A DNA stretch of 44,022 bases from Candidatus Micrarchaeota archaeon (GTDB lineage: Archaea > Micrarchaeota > Micrarchaeia > Anstonellales > Anstonellaceae): positions 1 through 44,022 of the forward strand of contig JBDRNY010000068.1 of NCBI GenBank assembly GCA_043810635.1. The letters are read 5' to 3'. Of this stretch, positions 8,547-15,940 are shown in pieces; the stretch's first letter is position 1, and every line of letters starts with the position of its first letter. The notes beneath the pieces were generated by a model. The model made no database searches. It saw only the letters and a list, made by a program, of their open reading frames with translations, and was not told where the DNA came from. The position numbers and the translations under genes are program-made.

Positions 8547-9446
8547 ATGCAAGATTTAATCTCATTCAAGGATTTGAAAAAAGAGGATGCTGATTCCATT
8601 CTTTCATCAGCAAAAGAAATGGAGGAAAATTTATACAAAAAATATTCCCTTCACAAGGGAAAATTGGCGACATTGGCGTTTTTCGAGCCGTCTACGCGCA
8701 CCAGTCTTTCTTTCCAGGCAGCCGCGCGCCGCCTCGGAATAGAAATAATCAACTACTCCCACAACACTTCTTCTTCCAAGAAAGGGGAATCATTTGAAGA
8801 CACAATAAAAATGTTTGACGGCTATTCAGATGTAATTATATTGCGCCACCCTGATGCAGGTTCTGCCCAACTGGCTGCAGATGTTGCAAACTCCCCTGTA
8901 ATAAATGCGGGGGACGGGGCAAACCAGCACCCCACCCAAGCCCTCATTGACCTTTACACTATTCAAAAAAAGTTCGGAAAAATAGAAAATTTGAATATTT
9001 CGCTTGTAGGGGATTTGAAATACGGGCGGACTGTCCACTCCCTTATCTACGCTCTTGCAATGCATAATGCAAACATCACTCTCATCTCCCCAAAAGAATT
9101 GGAAATGGATTTAAAAATAATTGAAAATGTGAAAAAGAAATTTAATGCAAAATTAACCCTCTCCCAAAAAATTGATGCAAAAAACGCAGACGTAATTTAC
9201 ATGACAAGAATACAAAAAGAGCGCTTTACCCACCCTCTTGAAGCAGAAAAAATGCAGGGAAGCTACAGCCTCTCCTCTTCAATTTTGAAAAATGCAAAAA
9301 AAGAAATGATAATATTGCACCCCCTTCCCCGGCTTGAGGAAATTCCTGCGGAAATAGATTCCTCTCCCCATGCATATTATTTCAAGCAAGCTCACAACGG
9401 AGTTCCTGTTCGCATGGCAATTCTACATCATTGCCTTAGCAGGTAA
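8547..9446 (+). CDS. pyrB: Aspartate carbamoyltransferase catalytic subunit
   Basis: FFEPSTRTSLSF, KGESFEDT, INAGDGANQHPTQAL, GDLKYGRTVHSL, TRIQKER, HPLPR. Confidence 0.97.
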   Translation: MQDLISFKDLKKEDADSILSSAKEMEENLYKKYSLHKGKLATLAFFEPSTRTSLSFQAAARRLGIEIINYSHNTSSSKKGESFEDTIKMFDGYSDVIILRHPDAGSAQLAADVANSPVINAGDGANQHPTQALIDLYTIQKKFGKIENLNISLVGDLKYGRTVHSLIYALAMHNANITLISPKELEMDLKIIENVKKKFNAKLTLSQKIDAKNADVIYMTRIQKERFTHPLEAEKMQGSYSLSSSILKNAKKEMIILHPLPRLEEIPAEIDSSPHAYYFKQAHNGVPVRMAILHHCLSR

Positions 9447-9450
9447 ATTT

Positions 9451-10896
9451 ATGCAATTTTATAAATTTTTTCTTGCCATTCTCATTTTCCTTACATCATT
9501 TAACCCGCTTTTTGCATCGCCCTTTCCAAACCATGAAAACATTACATCTTCCAACCCCGCTTCGCTCGCTTTCCCAGATCACCAAGCTGTTGCATCTCAC
9601 AATCTTGCTCTCCTCCCTTCCCTAAACCATTCTTCAACCCTTCCCCCAAACATTTCATTTTCCACCCCTTCCCTTTCCACTCCCTTTTCCTATGCTTATT
9701 TCAAATTTCTCGGAGCCCTTCCTTCAGTTTCAAATCATATTTCCTCCACCCACCCCCCGCAAATGATATGGACTTGGGGCGAATATCATCCTGCATACCT
9801 AATAGATACTGCGCCCAGCTTTGCCGGCTGCCCTGAAAATATATATGAATTATCTGCAACCGGCCCCCCAATTATTTCAGGAAATATGCTCTGGAACTTG
9901 CAAAACAAAACAAAAACAACCCAAATAAATTCCAACACCCAGCAAATTATTTCCTCTCCATTTTCAAATTCAGATTTTTCCTCCCTCTCCACTTTGGAAG
10001 GAGAAAACAAAACTGCAATTTTACCAAACCTTACATTAACATTTGAAGGGCAGGTAATTGTTCCCTTTCGTGTTGACGTGCAGGTTTATACAATAGAATA
10101 CAGCACCATGACGACTTCCTCCGGAGACACGATAGAAATCACTGCATGCAAGCTCCAGAAAAACACCTACACCAAAAATTATTCAATCCCAATTTCTGAT
10201 TCCGCTTCTTGGCAGGTCGAATACAGCGAGCCTATCCATTTCCTTCTCCAGCCGATTGACAAAGAGCAGCTTTCCACCCGCCCCCAAATAAAACTTCTCT
10301 TCTTTTCCAACCGCCTTGCCCAAAACATGACTTTTTCCTTAAACAACAATACTCTCCCTTCTGCCCGCTTTGCAGATTATTATGAAAAAGAAGATGAATT
10401 CGGATTATTATGGATTGAAAGAAATTCCTTAAACAACATAACTTCAGAGAAAAACAATTCAATTTTATTTTCAAACTATTCATCCCTATTCCTGAATCCA
10501 ACAGCATTTGACAAATCAAATCTAAATTATTCATTTCAATACTATGCTTTCCTCCGCACCCCCCTCCCCCTCGGCTATTCCAACATTTCCCTCTCTTTTA
10601 CAGACGATTTCAACAACACCTGCTCTTCCTCATGGAAAATCCAAACCCGTGCCGCCGCCGGAATAAGCGGATTTAATTCCACAAATGCAGAAATTATATT
10701 AACAGATGAAAACGCGCCTCCACCTGAAATAAAAAAACAAAAATCAGGCAACACTCTCTCCCTGCGCCTTCCATCAACTGAAAAAACCCGCCCAACAAAA
10801 GAATTTTTCTTCTCCCCTCTTCAGCTTCCGAATATTATACTCTCCCTCTCATTATTCTTAATATTCCTTCTCGGGCTAAGGTTTTTCTCCCGCTAA
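9451..10896 (+). CDS. Secreted, C-terminally membrane-anchored surface glycoprotein
   Basis: Signal peptide MQFYKFFLAILIFLTSFNPLFA from ATG 9451; C-terminal hydrophobic helix IILSLSLFLIFLLGL plus basic residues; many N-x-S/T sequons. Confidence 0.8.
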   Translation: MQFYKFFLAILIFLTSFNPLFASPFPNHENITSSNPASLAFPDHQAVASHNLALLPSLNHSSTLPPNISFSTPSLSTPFSYAYFKFLGALPSVSNHISSTHPPQMIWTWGEYHPAYLIDTAPSFAGCPENIYELSATGPPIISGNMLWNLQNKTKTTQINSNTQQIISSPFSNSDFSSLSTLEGENKTAILPNLTLTFEGQVIVPFRVDVQVYTIEYSTMTTSSGDTIEITACKLQKNTYTKNYSIPISDSASWQVEYSEPIHFLLQPIDKEQLSTRPQIKLLFFSNRLAQNMTFSLNNNTLPSARFADYYEKEDEFGLLWIERNSLNNITSEKNNSILFSNYSSLFLNPTAFDKSNLNYSFQYYAFLRTPLPLGYSNISLSFTDDFNNTCSSSWKIQTRAAAGISGFNSTNAEIILTDENAPPPEIKKQKSGNTLSLRLPSTEKTRPTKEFFFSPLQLPNIILSLSLFLIFLLGLRFFSR

Positions 10897-11187
10897 AAAC
10901 TGTTGTCAAACCCCCCATCACTCCTCACTCTTGTTTCAGGGTGTTTGTAATATTCTATTTTAGGCTTTCTGTTTTTTTCTTCATTGCATTTTTTTGTTTT
11001 ATAATTTTCGCAATTATCGCATTTTTTATTGCATTCTTCCTCTGCTTTAATACTGTTTCCAAATAATCGTTTTATCCAATTTCCGCCATTTCCGTTTTTT
11101 CTTTTTCCAATATCAGTTTCAATTCCGCTGTTGCCGGTTCCGTCATTCTTTGCGAGGAACCAACCACCTGTTGTTTTGTTTTTGCAT
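10893..11187 (-). pseudogene. Small Cys-cluster protein gene with a 1-nt frameshift near its start
   Basis: Strong SD AAAGGAGGT before ATG 11187, which stops after 14 codons; the adjacent frame is open to TAG 10893-10895 and contains CNKKCDNCENYKTKKC. Confidence 0.5.
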
Positions 11188-11534
11188 ATTCCTAACCTCC
11201 TTTCTTCATTAATCTAATATATAAAATAAAATCAAATCCAAACCGGTGCAACACCGAAAATTCCAGGTATTATAATTCAAGTAGTCAGGGCTAGAGCCCT
11301 GGAGGGTTAGGGCACGGGCTGGGCACGCGCAAAGAGAACAAGTATTCTAACAATTCCCAGCTGTTCATATCATTCACTTGAATACCCGCATTTAATAAAC
11401 ATTTGTAAATTACTCTCGTATCCCCCTCGCACATTTTCTATTTCAAAACCCGCTCGCCCCCGACTATTTATTTGCCTACTTTTCCACAATATCCACAAAC
11501 AACTTCAAACTCAAAACCCGCCCGTCTGTCAAAT

Positions 11535-12866
11535 TTAGTCTTGTATTTGTTTTTCCACAATTTTAGCAAACAATTTCAAAAATTCATCCAATCTTTCAGG
11601 TGGCACAGTAGCTCCTGCAGCTATTTTATGCCCTCCCCCCTGCCCTCCTGTTTTCAAACACGCTTCCCTTAATGCAAGCCCCAAATTCAATCCTTTTTCA
11701 ATTAATTTTTTTGTTCCTCTCCCAGATATCTTAATTTTCCCTTTTTTATCCAATGCCATTGCCAAAATAGGCTTTTTCCTCCCCCCTGGAAAAAGCATTC
11801 CTGCAACAACCCCGATAATACTGTCTTCAATAACTCCCCTTCCGTCTAAAAGCAAAATTTGCCCCAAATCTTTTGTATTTTTATAAGCAAATTCCACCCC
11901 TTCCCTCAGCGCCCTTTTGTGCATTTCAAGCAATTTCCTTCCTTTCTCAATTGCCCCTTCTTTTCCAAGGCATATATCCATCCCTACTTCAGTTTTCCCA
12001 TGCCTTCCGCACGCATTTAGCATTGTGGAAAATTCCCCTCCGTCATATAATTCAGGCACATCCTTAAACTTCGGGAAAAGATAAGTTTCTCCAACCAAAT
12101 TATTTGCATTATATTTTCCCCCATAAGTTTCAGCCAAATGCGCCGCAACCGCTCCAACCAATTTCTCTTTCTCCCCTTTTTCCAATTCATTATATTTTCT
12201 CCACTTCCCTTCTTTGCTTCCCAATTCCAAATTTTCAAGAAATTTGGCGCACCTTTCCTCACTTCCCCCTAATCCAGGCAAATATGGGTCATCTGCATAT
12301 GCAAGCAATTGCGGAAGCGGCCTTGACATCCTTCCATAAAATTTCAAATCAATGGGCGCTTCCACCCACCCTTTTTCAACAAATTTCTCAACCAATTTTC
12401 TATTCTCCCCCTGCATAGGATATTGCATATCCCCAATAGCCCCGACTATTGCAACTTCAGGCAATTGTTCCAATGCCCAATAAACACAAGTAGAGCCGCT
12501 CATATCTGTCCCGCCGTCAATGCCAAACAAATGCGGGTTTAATTGCAATTTCTCAATTCCTTCTGTTTGATGATGGTCAAATATTACAACATTTCCATTC
12601 AATTCATTTACTTGCTTATTCCCTCCCCCCAAATCCGTAAAAACAATTTCCTTCTCTTCTTTCAATTCATCTAATACATGCTTATCCAATTTCCTAATCG
12701 TCTTCACCCTATACTTTATTCCTTCCCGCTCACAAAATTTGCAAACAATCGAACCCGCACTAATGCCGTCGCAATCATAATGGTTTACAACAAGCAAATC
12801 TTTCATTTTGGCTACCGCTTCCCTTGCCTCTTTTGCTTTGGAAAGAAATTTGTCAAATTGTGCCAT
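11535..12866 (-). CDS. recJ: Archaeal RecJ/Cdc45-like DHH-DHHA1 nuclease
   Basis: HYDCDG, DLGG, FDHH, GAIGD and GGGHKIAAG motifs. Confidence 0.88.
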   Translation of the reverse strand: MAQFDKFLSKAKEAREAVAKMKDLLVVNHYDCDGISAGSIVCKFCEREGIKYRVKTIRKLDKHVLDELKEEKEIVFTDLGGGNKQVNELNGNVVIFDHHQTEGIEKLQLNPHLFGIDGGTDMSGSTCVYWALEQLPEVAIVGAIGDMQYPMQGENRKLVEKFVEKGWVEAPIDLKFYGRMSRPLPQLLAYADDPYLPGLGGSEERCAKFLENLELGSKEGKWRKYNELEKGEKEKLVGAVAAHLAETYGGKYNANNLVGETYLFPKFKDVPELYDGGEFSTMLNACGRHGKTEVGMDICLGKEGAIEKGRKLLEMHKRALREGVEFAYKNTKDLGQILLLDGRGVIEDSIIGVVAGMLFPGGRKKPILAMALDKKGKIKISGRGTKKLIEKGLNLGLALREACLKTGGQGGGHKIAAGATVPPERLDEFLKLFAKIVEKQIQD

Positions 12867-12909
12867 ATATCAAATTTATAAAACAGGTTTCTTATAATAT
12901 AATCTCCAT

Positions 12910-13020
12910 GGGCTTGTGGCGCAGCGGTAGCGCGCCTGCTTTGCAAGCAGGAGGCCGTGGGTTCAAAAGCTTGTGCTGGCACAAAATTTGCCAACAAAGC
13001 TGACAATCCCACCAAGTCCA
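12910..13020 (+). tRNA. tRNA-Ala(UGC) with T-loop intron (59/60: 12968-13006)
   Basis: Acceptor GGGCTTG/CAAGTCC-A with G3-U70; anticodon arm CCTGC-TTTGCAA-GCAGG; T arm GTGGG-TTCAAA^T-CCCAC split by a 39-nt hairpin; TATA TTTATAAA at 12875-12882. Confidence 0.92.
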
Positions 13021-13066
13021 TTCCCATATGGGGAGCATATGAATTGTCCAAGTCCCCCTAAGGGTT

Positions 13067-13187
13067 CCCTACAAATCGCTTTGCGATTTGGGGCACTCAT
13101 GTTGCTTTGCAACATGGTGCGCCTTTTCCATCAGGAAAAGAGCGTCCCAAATTGCCGAAGGCAATTTGTAGGTTCACCCCCTACAAA
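13067..13187. repeat. Cluster of four perfect inverted repeats downstream of tRNA-Ala
   Basis: CAAATCGC-TTT-GCGATTTG (13072-13090), CATGTTGC-TTT-GCAACATG (13098-13116), CAAATTGCC-GAA-GGCAATTTG (13148-13168), TTGTAGG-N7-CCTACAA (13166-13186). Confidence 0.75.
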
Positions 13188-13266
13188 CTATCCAAGTTCA
13201 TATCATCCGAAAGTACAATGCTCGCCCTTAAATATTTTATGCGCATAGTGCTTTACGGTAGATTTA

Positions 13267-14556
13267 ATGACTCCCCCCCACCGCAAAAAAACCCCTTCCT
13301 ATGATTCCAAATCCCAGGCAAAATTAAAGATAGCGGATGACGGCGAGAGCGACCACATCGACCGGCTTGTTGCACTGACTTTTGACGAAAATCCGAAGGT
13401 AAGGAAAAAAGTTGCCCATGAATTATCTGAAATGGGCGACGACCCCAGGGCACTTCTCGCCCTTCTCGAATTATCTTCTGACAAAGATGACAATGTAAGC
13501 TCTATTGCCAAAAAAGGGCTTGGTGCATTTAAAACAGAAGACGAGGAAGCTCTTACCAGCTTGGAAAAATTCTTTGAAGAGGCAAGAAAAGAAAAAACCA
13601 TAATTTCCGAAGAAAATTTCCAGAAAACAAAAAACAAGCTCATGCCTTCTTTGGAAAAATTATTTTCAGGAAGAGAGGGGGCAAGAAAAAAGCTTATGCC
13701 CTCCCTGTTAAAGCACTTTTCACAGGCAGCTGCCGCAAGCGGGGAATATGACGAAGAAAGTGAAGATAAGGAAGATGGAAAAAGCTCGGTTCCCTCCCTT
13801 CATTACGCACAGCTTTCAAAAACAATTATAGATTCTGCTGAAAAAGAGGTGGGTATTCCTGCAAGAATGCAAAATCCTGAAAAATTGCGCAAAACAGCAC
13901 CAGCTTCCCATGCGTATGCAAAATCCCCCGGCAAAGCAGATGTGGAAGATGCGGCAAATTTCCCCCTTCCAGATTCCCTCCAGCACCGGCTATATTCCCC
14001 AGTAGCTTCTATCCCCCTTCTTGCCGATGAGCTTACGCCCGAAGGCGAGTTTGAAAAAGAGGAAATCCTTCCCATTTCCTATCTTGATTATTACAAGCTT
14101 GCATATTCCATGGCAATAAACCCAAGCGTAAAATCCTCTGATTTGAAAAAGGAAAAAACAAGGCTCATAAAGGAGACAAAAAAGAATATCGAGCTTGCAT
14201 TCAAGGTTGCGGTTGCCCGCGCCCACCAGGAGGGAATAGAAGGCTTTACAGGCCTCAAGCCCGGGATGAAAAAAATAACCACACTCCCCCTTGAAGTGCT
14301 TGACCATCACATAACAACATTTCCAAAAGGAAAGAAAAAAACAATTGAAATGAGCCGGCTTCTTCTTTCAGACGGCAAAAAATCAATGCCTTTATATGTC
14401 GAGCCTGAAAGGGCGCACGGCATAAAAGCAGGGGATTTGATTTCCCTCCGCAACGCATATGTGGATTATTTGATAAACAAAAAAACAGATGACGCCTCCC
14501 CCGGCGAGCTTGTATTCAAATTGTCAAAAACAGGGCAGATGATAATCACAAAATAA
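13267..14556 (+). CDS. HEAT-repeat protein with C-terminal OB-fold (SSB/RPA-like) domain
   Basis: N-terminal LTFDENPKVRKKVAHEL and LSSDKDDNVSSIAKKGL HEAT-like units; C-terminal LLLSDGKKSMPLYV...IKAGDLISLRNAYVD...GELVFKLSKTGQM. Confidence 0.7.
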   Translation: MTPPHRKKTPSYDSKSQAKLKIADDGESDHIDRLVALTFDENPKVRKKVAHELSEMGDDPRALLALLELSSDKDDNVSSIAKKGLGAFKTEDEEALTSLEKFFEEARKEKTIISEENFQKTKNKLMPSLEKLFSGREGARKKLMPSLLKHFSQAAAASGEYDEESEDKEDGKSSVPSLHYAQLSKTIIDSAEKEVGIPARMQNPEKLRKTAPASHAYAKSPGKADVEDAANFPLPDSLQHRLYSPVASIPLLADELTPEGEFEKEEILPISYLDYYKLAYSMAINPSVKSSDLKKEKTRLIKETKKNIELAFKVAVARAHQEGIEGFTGLKPGMKKITTLPLEVLDHHITTFPKGKKKTIEMSRLLLSDGKKSMPLYVEPERAHGIKAGDLISLRNAYVDYLINKKTDDASPGELVFKLSKTGQMIITK

Positions 14557-15384
14557 TCACACTCTCGGCATTTTCCAAATAATTTTCCTTATTTTGTTAA
14601 CCACCAATTTATCCAGCATTATTCCAATATGCTTTTGCATTTTCATCCAGCTTGCTATTTCATAATTTTTTTCCATATAATTCAAAATTTTTCCCTGCAC
14701 ACTCCTCATTTCCTCAAACTTTCTCAAGCTCAAATTTTCATCATGCTTTCTATAATAAAGCAGCGGCTCTGCAATATTTGCAAATTTTGTTTTTCTTCCA
14801 AGCCGCGCCCATAAGTCATAATCCTCCCCAACCTTCAGCTTTTCATCATACCCTCCAACAGAGAGAAGCAATTTCCTTCTTGCCATTATTGTTGGATGGA
14901 AAAAAGGGCATTTAAAATACATGTATTTTTTTATCCCCTTATCTTCCGCAGGCTTTTTTGCAACATATAATTCTTTCCCCTTTTCATCTATCATCACGCA
15001 TGCGCTTCCCACCACCCCTATTTCAGGATGCTTTTTCATAAATTTAATTTCCTTCCCAATCCTCTCCCTAAAGCAAACATCATCAGCATCCATTCTTACA
15101 ACAAACTTCCCCTTTGCCTTTTTTATTCCAATATTTGCAGCATGTGAAACTCCTTTCCCCTTTGCCTTGATTATTTTCAAACGCTTGTCCTGCTTTGCAA
15201 ATTTTTCCAATATTTCCAGACTATTGTCTTTTGACCGCCCTTCCACTACAACAAACTCCCAATTCTGAAATTTCTGCCCCAACACACTTTCAATTGCTTC
15301 TGCTAAAAATTTTTCAGAATTCAGCACCGGCATTACAATACTCACTTCAATTTTTGAGCGCTTTTTTCCCTTCCAGCTCATCAT
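14557..15384 (-). CDS. Glycosyltransferase family 2
   Basis: VSIVMPVLN, RMDADD (DxD), GEDYDLWARL. Confidence 0.92.
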   Translation of the reverse strand: MMSWKGKKRSKIEVSIVMPVLNSEKFLAEAIESVLGQKFQNWEFVVVEGRSKDNSLEILEKFAKQDKRLKIIKAKGKGVSHAANIGIKKAKGKFVVRMDADDVCFRERIGKEIKFMKKHPEIGVVGSACVMIDEKGKELYVAKKPAEDKGIKKYMYFKCPFFHPTIMARRKLLLSVGGYDEKLKVGEDYDLWARLGRKTKFANIAEPLLYYRKHDENLSLRKFEEMRSVQGKILNYMEKNYEIASWMKMQKHIGIMLDKLVVNKIRKIIWKMPRV

Positions 15385-15844
15385 CCCCAACCCTTCTCCA
15401 ATTTTTTACAAATTTTAAAAATAAATCTTTTGGCCCAACCCACAAAACATTGTTTTTTTTCTCAACCCTGAATTCCAGCCCGCGCAATACTGCCTCATCT
15501 TTTTTGTCAAATTTTGCAAAAAACACATTATCTTCAAAAATTCCGCCGTTTGCGTCAAACAATCCCGCCAAAAACGCCGCGGCATAATCATTGTGGTGGC
15601 AGAAAGCATCAATTTCTTTTTCCAGCACTTTTTTCAAAAAAGCAAGATATGCACTGTGGTAAAAAAGCACTTCCCTTCCCCTAACCCGAATTTTTTCGGG
15701 CTCGGCTATTTTATTTGCAATAATATGGGATGAAAAAGCCGCCTGCAGCGCTTTCCCCCCTCTCACACCTATCCCTTCCCCCGCTTTCCGATGCTTCCAA
15801 ATTCCTGCAAGATAAGAAAATTCCGGAGTAAGCTTTATTTTCAG
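15347..15844 (-). CDS. Stand-alone degenerate LAGLIDADG-fold protein
   Basis: Frame is open upstream of the listed GTG to CTG 15844, giving (M)KIKLTPEFSYLAGIW as a first helix and AAFLAGLFDANGGI as a second LAGLIDADG helix. Confidence 0.65.
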   Translation of the reverse strand: MKIKLTPEFSYLAGIWKHRKAGEGIGVRGGKALQAAFSSHIIANKIAEPEKIRVRGREVLFYHSAYLAFLKKVLEKEIDAFCHHNDYAAAFLAGLFDANGGIFEDNVFFAKFDKKDEAVLRGLEFRVEKKNNVLWVGPKDLFLKFVKNWRRVGDDELEGKKALKN

Positions 15845-15940
15845 TTAAATCCCCGCTTTATGCCTGTTTCTTTCCTACCACCTCAAAATATTTTCCGCCG
15901 CCTACTCTTCGCCCGCAGTTCACTTTTTGCGCCGATGCAC

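Noticed and set aside
8090-8593. 167-aa ORF across the tRNA-Ile locus (similarly ORFs over 12812-13453)
   Set aside because: Explained by tRNA genes, hairpins and antisense overlap
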